A DNA stretch of 64,000 bases from Emiliania huxleyi CCMP1516 (taxonomy: Eukaryota). Below are positions 10,781 to 22,857 of the stretch, in pieces. Made by a program: the position numbers and the translations under genes. The stretch spans positions 2,593,791-2,657,790 of the forward strand of contig NW_005202428.1 in assembly GCF_000372725.1 (NCBI RefSeq), given 5' to 3'. The notes under the pieces were generated by a model. The model ran no database searches. It was not told the DNA's origin and saw only the letters and a list, made by a program, of their open reading frames with translations. Within the stretch, counting starts at the first letter, position 1; each line of letters starts with the position of its first letter.

Positions 10781-11743
10781 CTATCGACAGCGGCATGCGC
10801 TCTGCCGTTGCCGCGAGGCGAACTCCACGAAGCGTGCGAGCGGCGGCTGCTCGCGCAGCTTGTCCAGCGTGTTGAAGCGCTCGGCGAGCACCGCGTTGGG
10901 CGCGAACCGGTGGACGGTCGAGTGGCAGAAGCGGCAGAGCATGGCGCCGTACGAGTGCAGGAACTCGCGGCTCGGCTGCGGCGCCGGCCCCCCGTCACTC
11001 GCGGCCTCCGCGACGCCATGCGGGAGGCACTTGCCGAGGTAGCGGCTGTGCGTCGCCACAGGCACCAGGTGGTGGAAGGTGAGGGCGAGAGAGCGGCGGC
11101 AGAGCTCGCACTCGCCCTCCGCCTCGGCCGCATCCTCGTCATCGGCGATTTCCGCCAACGGCACCACCTTTGCTCGCGACGTCTCCTGCACCTTTTGCCA
11201 CTCGACGAAGCGCACCAGCACGAGCGGTGCGCCTCGGCCAGACGGCGGAGGAATCAGCTTCACCACCCGCGCCTCGTGCCACTCCTCGTCCTCCTCCAGC
11301 ACCGCCAGCACCGCGACGCCCTCCCTCAGAGGCGGCGGAGGAGGAGGCTCGTTGCACACCACCCTGTGCCGCCGGAGCGCGCCCAGCAGCTCTGTCGCGC
11401 CCGCCCTCTCGGCTGCATCGGCGCCAGCGTCCGCAACGTCAGCGTCCGCTACGTCGCCAAGCGGTACGCCGAAGTCGGAGCAGAGCTCCAGGAGCACGCC
11501 GATCCAAGCCTCGTCGCAGTCGGCGCGCCGCTCGCTGCCGTACTCGACGAGCGCGGCGGCAAACGAGTCGCGACTGTCTGCAGCGAGCTCAAGCCCTGCC
11601 TCGGTTGCGGCAGCGATAATGGCGCGGTGCTGCAGCTCCTCCGGCAGCCCCGCCATCAGCGTGAGCCAGACGCCCACTGCGGCGGGCTCTGCCGGCACAC
11701 CACGCGCCTTCGCATGCTTGTGGCCGTAGAGCTGCTTCGGCAT
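10781..11743 (-). CDS. Tudor-domain plus HNH-endonuclease-like protein
   Basis: Tudor-like EGVAVLAVLEEDEEWHEARVV...VRFVEW. C-terminal CELC..LTFHHLVP...LCRFCHSTVH..N..L..FNTL zinc/HNH signature. Confidence 0.75.
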   Translation of the reverse strand: MPKQLYGHKHAKARGVPAEPAAVGVWLTLMAGLPEELQHRAIIAAATEAGLELAADSRDSFAAALVEYGSERRADCDEAWIGVLLELCSDFGVPLGDVADADVADAGADAAERAGATELLGALRRHRVVCNEPPPPPPLREGVAVLAVLEEDEEWHEARVVKLIPPPSGRGAPLVLVRFVEWQKVQETSRAKVVPLAEIADDEDAAEAEGECELCRRSLALTFHHLVPVATHSRYLGKCLPHGVAEAASDGGPAPQPSREFLHSYGAMLCRFCHSTVHRFAPNAVLAERFNTLDKLREQPPLARFVEFASRQRQSACRCR

Positions 11744-12099
11744 GCTACGGTCGGGGTTGCGCGAGGGAGGTGGGGGCCGTTGGCGATTGAGGGTCCAGGG
11801 AAGTGCCTCGGAAGCAAGCAGTTCGGAGACCCGACTGCGGGTAAAAAGAGAAAAAATTCACGGAATTTTGATGCGCGACGAGCGCGCTCGAGAGGCGGCC
11901 GCGGGCAACGCGGAGCTTCCGCCGGAGGACGACGCGGTCGAGATGGCGAGCGCCTACTGACACTAGTCACCATTCTTACAGTGGTGTAGCTTGCGCATCG
12001 GCTGCAGCCTCTGCTGGGGCGGAATGCGCGGAGTTTGCGGCGCGATGCCCTCGGCGAGTACACGCTACGTGTCTGCCGCAAGCTCTCCTGCGCGCGCGT

Positions 12100-12815
12100 G
12101 ATGTGTGGGACGCGTGCGCTGCGCCTAACGTCGCGATTTGGCAATAGGCGCTCGAGCCGGCGCACAGCGGGCGGGGGGGTGCGCCGCGCAGGGGGGGTCG
12201 GGGGGTGCGAGAGGGGGCGTGGGTCGGGCGCGCACCGGCAGGCCCTGGGAACGGCCGTCACGTCGAGGAGGGGGGCTGTCGGTGGCTCGAGCGGCGAGGC
12301 GTGCCGCTCTGCTGCGCCGCGTCGACAGCCCCTCTTCCGAGCCTATATAACACATTAGACAGACCCCGGACACACACGAGCCGAGCGGAGGTGCGGAGCA
12401 CGATCACCACCGATCAGTCGATCAGACGCTCAGAGAGGTCAGAGCCAGCGTGCAGCGAGAGAAGAGCGAGGGAGGTAAGCTTAAGGGAGCATGAGAAGGG
12501 GGGGGCGCGAAAACACACACACACTACACACAGGTCCGGCCACGACGAGTGTTTTGTGTTCTCTCTCGCGACGTGTGGTTCACAGTCCGAGTCCGAGTCG
12601 TGTGTGGATGTCAGTTAAAGTATCCGTACGCGACGAATGGCTGGTAATACTGGGGTACATTAGGAAGTCAGCGCCATACTGCCATACCAGGGAGCGACAA
12701 GGACTCACACTGCTGTGTAAAAAGGAACAGGTCCCCGCCAGGCGCGTGATACGCGAGTGTGGTCTGTACTAGGTTGTCTTTTAGCTTAAGGGATCTTAGG
12801 GATGGGAGAGGCGAG

Positions 12816-12863
<48 letters not shown>

Positions 12864-13135
12864 GCTGCCCGGACAACGTACGTAAAGCGGCGGGACCTCT
12901 GTGATATTACACTGTGTGAAGTAAATAAGTATGAAGGCGAACACACAGTCAGAAGTCAGACCAACGACTGTATGTATGTATGTAGGAAGGTCAAGAACAG
13001 CCAGGCTGGGACTGGACACCAACGCGGTATGGGTGGACGCTGGACAGATGATGACGACACGCACGAGCGACACACAGACACAAACATCTGTGTCTTGATT
13101 TGCCAACAATATACCTACAACAAGACACACTAACG
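12100..13135. mobile_element. Non-coding repeat-derived region with (TC)n microsatellite (12819-12860)
   Basis: Lower GC, no coherent ORF; carries a minus-strand copy of GGCGGGGACCTGTTCCTTTTTAC also seen near 4114. Confidence 0.4.
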
Positions 13136-13185
13136 ACGGGACGCAAGACGCCACACCCTCAAGAGAGTGTAAACCCACAGCAAAC

Positions 13186-14295
13186 ATGCACATGCTTCGC
13201 TTCGCAATCCTCGCCGCCGTTTGCGCTGCGCACGGCAGTTGCCTGTCCCGCGTGAGCTGGAGCCCGGCCACCTGGCAGCACCTGTACGCGCTGCTCGCTC
13301 GACCGGTGGCAGCTGACCACGGCAGGGCGCCCGTGGCAGCCTTCGACGCTGACGGCACCCTCTGGTCGGGCGACGCGTTTGGTGCGCTCGGCGCCGAGCT
13401 CGTTCGACGCGGCCTTGTCGACCGCGAGGCGTGCGAGCGCGTTGAGGTCGAGTACGGCCGCAGCCAAGGCGAGGAGCGGCGCAAGTGGCTGCTCGAGTCG
13501 CTGGCGCTCTTCCGTGGGCTCAGCGCGGAGGATCTGGTCGACGCGGGCGAGGAGGCGTGGGGCCGCGGCGACGGCGCAACGGGGCTGGGCGCCACCCTGC
13601 GGCCAGAGATGAGCGATCTCGTCAACCGGCTCCGATCGGGCGGCTGGCGGGTGCTCATAGTGACCGCTTCGCCGGCCGAGGCGGTGCTGCGCGGCGCGCA
13701 GGCGGGCCGGCACGAGCGAGCACTGCCTTGCGTGACACGGGCTTGGGAGGCTGTCCTGGTTGCAAGAGCGTAGGAGCTCGGCATCCCGGAGGGAGACGTG
13801 CCCCTCGTCTCGCCGACTGAGCTCTCGACCTGGCGGAGAGAGTTGTGGGCGCACGAGTCGGACGCTGTGAGCAGGTGCTCGGGGTGCGGCTCGAGTTCGA
13901 CCCGGGCGGCCGGGCGACCGGGCTGCCCGCGCCGAGCATGCCGCTCACGTGGTGCGAGGGCAAGGCGGCCGCGCTGGACGCGTACGGCGTGGTCGGCGGT
14001 CGGCTCTGCCTCGCGGTGGGCAACTCGATGGACGACGTGCCGATGCTGCGCCGCGCGCAGGCGGACGATGCTGCCCGGGCTGCGGCCCGTGCTGCGAGTG
14101 TGAAGCAGCGCCTCCTGACGCCTCTTGATGTGGGCAGGCGGGCATACTGTGTGTCCCTCGCGGCAGTACGAGCGAGGACCGTTGGACGGGCGAGGCGGAG
14201 GGGGCGCAGCGCCTCGCGAGGGTGGCCTCCTCCGGGAGGTGGAGCCGCGCGCCCCTCGGCCGCCTCTCGCTGCAGCCGACGCCGTCTCTGCGTAG
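13186..14295 (+). CDS. Secreted HAD-superfamily hydrolase (SerB-like), spliced; 3' end uncertain
   Basis: Signal peptide; motif I AFDADGTLW, motif II IVTAS, motifs III/IV EGKA...AVGNSMDDVPML; introns ~13702-13773 and ~13798-13874. Confidence 0.75.
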
Positions 14296-15231
14296 GTCGC
14301 GGCCGAGGAAGGCTTCTGGCTGCACGAGGCGACGCAGGGGCGGGAGGAGTACCTCCGGCTCGCGGCAGAGGCGGAGGCGAGCTGCGAAAGCTAGCAGCGC
14401 GGGCCGCGCGCGGTTGAGAGGGCTCACGTCTCAGTCGAAGGTCTCAGTGAGCGGCGCGGGCGCGTGCGCACGGACGATATGCTGCTCCTTGCACGCCGTA
14501 AGCAGTTTGCTAGAATGAGCACACGCACTGCGACATGTTTTCTCCAGAACTCCACACCCGCGGGCCTCCCCCGCGCCGCGGCGCCGCGCGGCGCGGACGG
14601 GACCGCGGTCCCCAGACCGCCAAGCCAGAGATGTGCCCCCCAGACCCTGCACGGCTTTAGCCCGCCACAGAGCCCTAGTCCCTAGACCCTTCCCACAGGC
14701 ACAGCCACAGGCGCCCCGACCCTCCACAAGCTCCACCATCGCGGCCTCGGCACCGCCATGGTGAGACATGTTTTACATTTTTGACCACAAAAATAGAGGT
14801 GCGTAGGGTCTACGGAGTACACGTCTGCCGCATATCCTACATAATGATTAATGTGCGCAAGCCGCCACAACTGAATGGAACCGCAACCGGGGCGCGTGCA
14901 CCTGCAGTCCTGCACGCCGAAGATACAATTTTACCCTCTCCCCCCCCACGGGCAATCGCACACTTCATGCGGGGTGGTGAGTGTCCAGCTAGCAGGCAGC
15001 AGCGCGGCGCACTCAGCGGCGCGCAGTGCGATACAAGCCGAGCGCGCTGCTTGCTGGCTAGGAGGCCCGCCCGCAGGCGAGATCCCGCACGGTGCGAGAT
15101 GGGAGGGGAAGGGGGGGGGGGCAGGAGGCCAGGTCCGGGGAGAGGACGGGAGGAGGTGAGAGGAAGTTAGGGAGGGGGCGGAGGGGGGGGGAGGGGGGAA
15201 ACGCCACCCGCACGACGTCGGGCGGCGTCCT

Positions 15232-16708
15232 CTACAGCCCGTCGACCGCCACGGTGTAGTCGTACTCGATGGTAGGGATGACGGAGGAGATGAACTTGAG
15301 GAAGAGGAAGAGGTACCTGGGGGGCGGGGGGCGGGGGGGGGAGTGGGGCAAGGCAAGAGAGGGAGAGGAGAGGGCAGGGGAAGAGAGGATAGAGGAGGAG
15401 AGGAGAGGAGAGGAGAGGAGAGGAGAGGAGAGGAGAGGAGAGGAGAGGAGAGGAGAGGAGAGGAGAGGAGAGGAGAGGAGAGGAGAGGAGAGGAGAGGAG
15501 AGGAGAGGAGAGGAGAGGAGAGGAGAGGAGAGGAGAGGAGAGAGGAGTATGAGGCCAGGAGCGAGGGGGGGGAGGCGCACTGCGGCGGCTTGGCCTCTCG
15601 CCCCGCGGACTGCAGCTCGGCGACAAGCTTGTGCATCACCGACGCGTGCTTGCCTGAGGAAAGAGGGAGGCGGGGTCAGCTTCTGCACACGCTTAAGGCA
15701 GGCTGCCCCGCGGCATTGCAACGGCGAGGCAGCGGCGGGCCCGCCCTGCCTCTCCCTCTTCTCGGCTAAGGAGAGGCGGACATGGGTGGATGCTCATGTG
15801 CAGCCCTGCCCCCTCGGCGATGTGCGGGTGCGACTCGAGGGTGACTGTCTTGAGGGCGTGGTCGGCGGAGACGTCCTCCAGCAGCTGCGCCTGTGCGGGA
15901 GGCAAGCCGAGCCGAGAGTGAGCGGGAGAGGGAGGGAGCGGGAGTGAGAGATCGAGAGAAGAGAGACAGAGAGACGAGAGACGAGAGAGGCAGACAGAGG
16001 CAGACAGAAGCCGCGCGCGCGTCTCTCCTGCGTGAGCGGCTGCCGCGACTCCGAGTAGCCGTACAGCCAGACGCGCCCTGACTGGTAGTACTTGTCGTAG
16101 GTGATGGTCACGTCGTACGTCCGCGTCTTGACGATGCCGCTGCCGCCGCCCAGCGCAGAAGGGTCGTCCGCCTCCACCATCCCTCCCATCTCCAGCTCCG
16201 CCTCCCCCGCCGCGCCGTCGGCGCCGCCCGCGTCCTCGCTGCCGCCGCCCGCCGCCGCGCCCGACGGTCCCGCGACGTCCATGTGGGCGACCGCGTCGGC
16301 GAGCATGTCGGGCGCCTCCTCCTGCCGCTCGACCTTGTGGTTCGCGTGCGTCAGCGACCAGCCCTCGTCCCCCTCCCCCTCGTCGCCGTCCACCAGCATC
16401 TCCGCGTCCGCACCCGACGCGAGGCTGGCGGCGCGGCGCTGGCACGGGACGCTGCGCGTGACGAGGTACTGCTTGTTCGGCGGGAGGAACGGGCGCGCCT
16501 TGTCCGGCTCGCCAGCCTGCCAGGACCACGTCGGGCAGCGCAGCACCAGCTGGTCGCCGGCCTCAACAAACTCGTCCGGAGTCAACACACCCTTCTCCAG
16601 GAACTGGGAGGTGGTGAGGACGGGGGTGAGGTACTCGGCCGTGCCGAGCATCGCGTTGCGGCCCATGTTCCAGAGCGCGCCGCTGTAGGTGGAGTGGCCG
16701 CCTGACAT
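15232..16708 (-). CDS. ATG3: Autophagy E2-like conjugating enzyme ATG3 (4 exons)
   Basis: FLEKGVLTPDEFVEAGDQLV..CPTWSW, RTYDVTITYDKYYQ, spliced catalytic SIHPC-KHA, and C-terminal YLFLFLKFISSVIPTIEYDYT. Confidence 0.96.
15391..15546. repeat. (AGGAG)n pentanucleotide microsatellite in the last ATG3 intron
   Basis: About 30 tandem copies. Confidence 0.97.
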
Positions 16709-16935
16709 CGCTGATGAGAGGATGTGGAAGGGCCAGTGTCGGGCGGCAGCGGGCCGGCCAGAGAAAAGAAAACCATGCGGCAACTGAGGCCTATCGTGTG
16801 CGTCGCCCATCTCTCCCTGGAGATGACTGCTCTATTTATTTATTGCCGACACGACTGGTGGCGCCTCTCGCTCGCGCTGCACAACAGCAGAAGGACGTGC
16901 ACACCGGCGTAGCATCATGGGCCCGTCCCTTGATT

Positions 16936-19346
16936 CTACAGCGCGCCCGCCTTGGCGTCGTCGTCCTCGACCCGCCAGAGGCGCAGCTTCCCGTCAACGC
17001 CGGCGCTCAGCACGCGCAGCGCGTCGTTCGAGTACTGCAGCGCCGTCGGCGGGGAGGGGCCGTGGCCGTGCGGGATCGTCTCGAGAGTGACCCCGCGGCC
17101 GACGTCAACGATGGAGGTGCCCGTCGCGGTGGCGCCCACGAGCCGCTTCGCAAAGGGCGAGAGGGCGACCCGCTCGAAGGGTGTTCCGTGCGGCGCCTTG
17201 CCGCGCCCGACCTCCGCCGGCTCGGCGTGCCGCAAGTCGGTGCGCACGACAGACCACTCGGCGTCGCGGGCGGCGACGGCGAGGTGGACGCAGTCCTGCG
17301 CGAAGCTCGCCGCCGTCACGCCGCGCGAATGCCCACCCACGCAAAAGACCTGCCTCAGGCCGGTGGGCTCGGCCGCGTCGCCGCCTCCTCCGCCGCGCGC
17401 CACCACCTCAAAGACCGGCACTTGGCCGTGCCGCACCGCGACCGCGCGGCCCGGCGCGAGCTGCGCCGTCGCCGCGACGGCCACGAGCTTCGAGTCCGCG
17501 GAGATGGACGCGCCCAAGACGGCCGCCTGCTTGGCCGTCTCGCGCGCGACCAGCGAGCCCGAGAGCGACCAGAGGCAGACGCTGTGCGGCGCGGCAAGGG
17601 GGGGAGGGCGAGGGTCAGGCAAGCGGGGGGCGGCGCCGGCGCGGGTCGCGGGTGAGGTCGCACCTGCGGTCGCCCTCGGAGCCGACCGTCACTATGTACT
17701 GCGAGTTTGGCGCCAAAATCGCGGCGCTCAGCGGCGCGGGGTGCACCGCCGCCGCGTCGAACTCCCGACGCAGCTGCAGCTTGGGCGAGAGCGAGTAGGC
17801 GAGGAGGCGGCGGCCGGCGGCCGTCGCGACGAGGACGTTGCGCCCGCTGGCAGAGATGGAGCATGCCGTGCCAAAGTCCAGGTGGACGTTGGCGATGAGC
17901 GGCGTCGGCAGCGGAGCGCCTAGGGACGACCAGCAGCAGTCTCGGGGCGGTCCAGGAGAGGACGAGCGGCACACGCTGCGGATCGCCTGAGCCCGCCTGC
18001 CGCAGGCCGCTGAAGACGCGCAGCGTACGGTCCGACGAGACGGCGGCCGCGAGAGCGCCGTCCTGCGAGAGCGCCGCGCCGGTGACGCCCTCGCTGAAGC
18101 CCTTGAGCGTGCAGAGCAGCCGCGGGTGGGAGAGCGGCGGCGGCGTAGGCCTCTTCTTCGGCCTCGCCGCCTCCGGACCCTTGGCCGCCGCAAGCGCAAC
18201 CGCAGACGTCTCGCCGTCGCTCTCCTCCTCGCCCTCGCCCTCGCCCTCGCCCTCGTCGGCAGGGCGCAAGCGCAGCAGCTGCGACGGCACGGCAACAGCC
18301 GCCGCGGCCGCCCACCGCACCAGCCGCAGAGGCAGCAACAGCAGCCCTGCTACCGAGGCCAGACGGATGCGAGACGAGGCAGGCTCGTCCTCAAGGCGCA
18401 GCTCGCCCTCGCCGGTGACGACGCCGCCGCGCTTCTTGCGCTTGGCTGCGAGCTTCGCCGCCGCCTCCCTCTTTGCCCGCTGCCTCTCGCGCTTGGCCGC
18501 CTTGGCTTCGGCCGCGGCGGCGGTGGCAGCGGCGGAGCAGGCCGGCGCTGCGCTCTCCGTTCCGCCTCTGCGGCGGCAGCTGCTGCAGACTGTGCAGCGG
18601 AGGAGTCCGAGGAGCATCGCGCCGAGGCAGAGAGGCCCGAGCCAGCCGGCCAGCCTTCCCCAGTGTGCGTGGTTGCGCGTCGCGGCCACGTGCGGGTGGG
18701 CGATGGCAGCCTCGAGGAGAGGCTGCAGGTGCGGGTGGGACAGCGCAGCCGCGTAGGCGCGGGCGGCGAGGGCGGCTGACGAGTTGTGGGCAGCGCCGAG
18801 CATGGCGGTCGCCCTCTCCGCGTGCGGGTGCTGCAACGCCTCGGCGACAGACGCAGCCGCCGCTTCCAGCTGCGGGTGGCGCAGCGCGGTCGACACGAGA
18901 TCGCTCGCCCTCGCCGCGATGTCGACGGCGACGGCGGCCGTGCTCGGGACTGCGATTGCCGCCGCGACCGCCGCAAGGAGAATGTGGGGCACTGCAGTGA
19001 CCGAGACGGCGCGGCAAAAGCAGAGTGTGAGGAAAGTTGCGGCGAACATCCCCGAACAGGGCACAGCGTCTGGATGCGAGGCGATTTCGCTCACCCTCTC
19101 AGCGAGCGCCGCCGCCCCAGCCTCGCTCATCTGTGAGGCCTCCCTCTGGGCTCTCTGAGCCATCGTCGCGGCCCAGACCCACGCCGCGGTGAGCATCTCG
19201 CCTGCGCATAGGAGTGCGATTCGAGCAGTCGCAACGCAAATTTCCAGGCCTGCCCTCGCAAGCGTCTGCGCAGCCATCGCCATCGCATGCGCCGCGGCAG
19301 CGGCCGCCGCCCAAGGGTCCTCGGTCTCGCTACCGTCTCGCTCCAT
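16936..19346 (-). CDS. Membrane-anchored WD40-repeat protein, TBL2-like, spliced
   Basis: Hydrophobic N-terminal segments and a Lys/Arg patch, then HPRLLCTLKGFSEGVTGAALSQDG..SSDRTLRVF and further WD repeats ending SAGVDGKLRLW. Confidence 0.75.
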
Positions 19347-19449
19347 CGAAAAACGCTACCCGGGTACAGCTGTAGAGCTCGCGACAGCGGTGAGGTGTAG
19401 GCGCGCGGGCAGTTTTCTTTTTTAAGTGTCTCTACCAAGGTTTCTTATG

Positions 19450-20680
19450 ACCGCGCAAGACGTATAAAGGGTGGCTCAGGGCTCTGCCCGCAAGGCGCCC
19501 GCGTCGCCGACGCGGTACCATTGACTAATCCCGGAATCACACCCACACGACTCCTCCGACACCCTCCAGGACGAGCTCCAGCGGAAGCTCGGCCTTTGGC
19601 TCTCCGCGGCGCTTCCCACCCTTCGGGTCGCGCTCGAGCGGGGCATGCCAGTCGATTTCTTCGGCGACTACCTTTACAACAAGGCCCACCACCGGCGGCC
19701 CCACGACGGCGTCCTCGCCGCCTGGGCGGACGCGATGCGCGCCCCGGCCAACGCGCCGGTCGTGCACGGCGACAAGGAGAAACCAGAGCTCACCCGGCAG
19801 TACAATGAGGGGTACAAGACTGACCTCGCAGAACCCCATGCGGGGCCAGGAGGATGCGATGAGGTGAATGAGATCAAGCTCTGGACGCCCCTCCTCAAGA
19901 CCTCCTCGGCGGGCGTTGGCAACGCCTCGAGTGGCGGCACGCCCGCCTCCGTCGGCCACTCCTACGCCTTCGGCAACACCGAGGAGAAGGCCCGCCGCCT
20001 GAACATGGGCTGCAAGGCGCGCGGGCAGCCCAGCCAACCCTTCTCCCACAAGACCGGCCACGGCTACGTCAAGGCGCATCGCGGTTTCTACCACGACGCG
20101 ATCTTTGTCAAGCGCAACAACTTCAACCTGCTGCTCCACGAGACGTTCGGCGGCGGCTTCTCGCCCACCGCCGTTCTCAAGCTGCGCCGCCTCCCGCGCA
20201 AAGTCGCGCGCGGCAGCGTTGACCGCACGGCCTACTCGCCCAAGTACTCGCTCTCTTTTATGTCCCACCATGCAGAGCGCATCTCTCTCTCTGTTGTGCG
20301 AGGCGTGAACCGCGCCATTCGCTCTCACCTGGCAACCCTGTCTGCACGTCTCGCGCGCGCGTGAACAGGGCTCCAGGCCCCAAATTACGTGTGAGTGTTA
20401 GAGTTGTTTGGTATTGAAAAATCTCTCTCACGACCAATAGCAACACAAAAACAACAAGCAGGGCTCCAGGCTGCCCCAAAGACGTGTGAGTGTTAGAGTT
20501 GTTTGGTATTGCTAAAAATCTCTCTCTCTCCCAATAGGAATAGCAAAATCCGAATACCGTGCAAAAACACCCGAATACCACGTTCGTTTCGCCCAGGGGT
20601 CACTTTCGGTCACACCCGACGACCTCGAAAACAAAAATTAGAGTTGTTTGGTATTGCTAAAAATCTCTCTCACGACCTCG
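19450..20680 (+). mobile_element. 5'-truncated non-LTR retrotransposon (restriction-like endonuclease end, CRE/R2-type) with reiterated 3' tail
   Basis: ORF 19645-20364 has D.FGD...HHRRPHD, D..E.K, LLLHETFGG and ERISLSVVRG motifs typical of RLE C-termini. The tail TTAGAGTTGTTTGGTATTG(CT)AAAAATCTCTCTC occurs three times. Confidence 0.65.
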
Positions 20681-20850
20681 AGAACTAGCCGGGGCAGTCG
20701 GAGAAGGGGCAACTCCGTGCACTGACGGTCGGCCGCCAGAAAACACTGCGTGGATCGCGTCACACCACTCCTCGCTACCCAACGCGGCCAAAGGATATCC
20801 ACCTCGAGAACCTCGAGAAGGCTGTGAATACTCGAGCCGGGTTCGGTGCT

Positions 20851-22857
20851 ATGTCGCGCTCGAGCAACAACCGCAAGCAGCCGCTCGACTACGGCACCGC
20901 GGCCGCCATCCGAGACCTGTGCGTGCACCAGGCGTGGCACGCGGTCAACCTGGCCAGCGGCGTGCCCTCCGACGCCAGGTGCGACGCCGAGGCGATGAAC
21001 GAGTCAATCGAGCGGCTCGAGCACCTATCCACGCGGGCAATCGAGCACGCCAAGGAGCTGGCGAGCTCGTGCGCCTGGCACGCCGCGCTGCAGCGCATGG
21101 AGGAGGGCTACCTCGGCAGCGGCCGGGTTCCGGCCGCCTCGCCCTTCTCTTCGTCCGACGCGGCGGCCGAGGCGATCGAGCCGCTCAAGGTGGTGCACCG
21201 CACGCTGGCGCCCTCCAATGGGGACCTGTACGAGCTCGCCAGCGGCGCCGCGTGGTACGCCGCTAACGAGCGCTCTGGGCTCGAGGACGAGTCTGCTGCG
21301 AGCCTGGTCAGCATGTGCCGTGCGTTTGAGCGGCTCTACCGGCTGCAGCGCCGCCCGTGGCGCGGCGTCAACCTCGGCGGGTGGCTGCTGCTCGAGCGGG
21401 GCCCGTCGGCACCCTTCTACGAGGCGAACGGCATCGTCGGCGACGACGGAGAGTGGGACGCCACCGAGGCGCTAAGCCGAGACGGCGGCTCCGGCGCCGT
21501 CACCGCTCTCGCCTACCACCGGCAGAGGCACTTTCGGGAGGGCGATTTGGCCGAGATTGCGCGGCGCGGCTTCAACTCTGTCCGGCTCCCCTTCGGCTAC
21601 TGGATCGTGACCGGACCGACGCACGGAGACCCGTACGTCGGCCCCTCGATCGAGCTCATCGACGCCGCCGTCGAGTGGGCCGCCCGGCACGGGCTGCAGG
21701 TCCTTCTCGACTTGCACGGCAACCCGGGCGGAGAGACGGAGGAGAAGGTCTGCGGCCGAGCGAAGCCGGACTGGAGCTGGGAGGACTGGAGGCGCGACGA
21801 GGCGCTCGAGGTGATCGCGCTCCTTGCCGATCGGTACAAGGAGTACGACCATGTGACCGGGCTGCAGGTTTGCAACGAGCCGTCGCGCAGCTGCCCGCCC
21901 TCGGAGCTGCTCGCCCACTACATCGAGGCGGTGGCGACGGTACGCGAGGCGGGCATGCCGCCCGAGCGGGTGTCGGTTGTCTGCCCGTGCTACTTCCTCG
22001 AAGAGGACCGGCGCGACTTTCTCAAGGAGTGGCGCGAGGCGTGCGCGGCCGGCGAGCTCGACGGTGCGGTGCTCGACATGCACCCGTACTTCTTCACTCC
22101 GTGGTCGAACGAGGTGACGAGAGGGCTCGTCTCGGACCAGGCGCGGGAGGAGGCAGAGTCGTGGGACTTGCTGCCCGCGTGCGTGGTCGGCGAGTTCTCT
22201 GCCGCGTTCCACACCTACCAGGGAGAGCCGTGCTGCGACCGCTCCGCCGAGGGGCGACAGTTGCTCAACGACTTTCTGCGCGTGCAGCAGGACGCGTACT
22301 CGCAGCATGCGACACACGGCCACTTTTACTGGACGTGGTCGGATGGGGCGGTGGGATGGTCGCGGCAGGCAGCGTACCTCGACGCTCCAGACGCGGTGCC
22401 AGAGGAGGACGAGGACGAGGAGGACGAGGAGGGCGAGGGGGAGGAAGAGGACGAGGAGGAGATGGACGAGGCAGAGGACGAGGAGGAGGAGGAGGAGGAG
22501 GAGGAGGACGAGGATATGGGCGAGGAAGGCGAGGAGGAGGAGGAGGATGGGGAGGAGGAGGAGGAGGAGGAGGAGGACGAGCAGATGCAGGAGGAGGAGG
22601 AGGAGGAGGAGGAGGAGGAGGAGGAGGAGGAGGAGGAGGAGGAGGAGGGGGAGGGGGAGGAGGAGGAAGAGGGCGAGGACGGCGAGGACGGCGAGGAGGA
22701 GGGCGAGGAGGAGGGCGAGGAGGAGGAGGAGGAGGGCGAGGAGGAGGAGGAGAGCGAGAGCGAGGACGGGCGCGGGCGTCGGGTGCGGCGATCTCGAGCC
22801 TCGTCCCGTGCCTCGTCGCCGTATGCCCTACGCACGAAGCGCCTCTCCGGCAGCTAG
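20851..22857 (+). CDS. Glycoside hydrolase family 5 (exo-1,3-beta-glucanase-like) with long acidic tail
   Basis: RGVNLGGWLLLE, GFNSVRLPFGYW, LLDLHG, catalytic NEP and VGEFS; intronless; poly-Glu/Asp tail (~22403-22766) then a basic C-terminus. Confidence 0.92.
   Translation: MSRSSNNRKQPLDYGTAAAIRDLCVHQAWHAVNLASGVPSDARCDAEAMNESIERLEHLSTRAIEHAKELASSCAWHAALQRMEEGYLGSGRVPAASPFSSSDAAAEAIEPLKVVHRTLAPSNGDLYELASGAAWYAANERSGLEDESAASLVSMCRAFERLYRLQRRPWRGVNLGGWLLLERGPSAPFYEANGIVGDDGEWDATEALSRDGGSGAVTALAYHRQRHFREGDLAEIARRGFNSVRLPFGYWIVTGPTHGDPYVGPSIELIDAAVEWAARHGLQVLLDLHGNPGGETEEKVCGRAKPDWSWEDWRRDEALEVIALLADRYKEYDHVTGLQVCNEPSRSCPPSELLAHYIEAVATVREAGMPPERVSVVCPCYFLEEDRRDFLKEWREACAAGELDGAVLDMHPYFFTPWSNEVTRGLVSDQAREEAESWDLLPACVVGEFSAAFHTYQGEPCCDRSAEGRQLLNDFLRVQQDAYSQHATHGHFYWTWSDGAVGWSRQAAYLDAPDAVPEEDEDEEDEEGEGEEEDEEEMDEAEDEEEEEEEEEDEDMGEEGEEEEEDGEEEEEEEEDEQMQEEEEEEEEEEEEEEEEEEEGEGEEEEEGEDGEDGEEEGEEEGEEEEEEGEEEEESESEDGRGRRVRRSRASSRASSPYALRTKRLSGS

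Noticed and set aside
20366..20680. Three spaced repeats resembling a CRISPR repeat-spacer pattern
   Set aside because: Lengths and spacing are irregular, they follow a retrotransposon ORF directly, and a solo copy lies at 52379. Better explained as retroelement tails.
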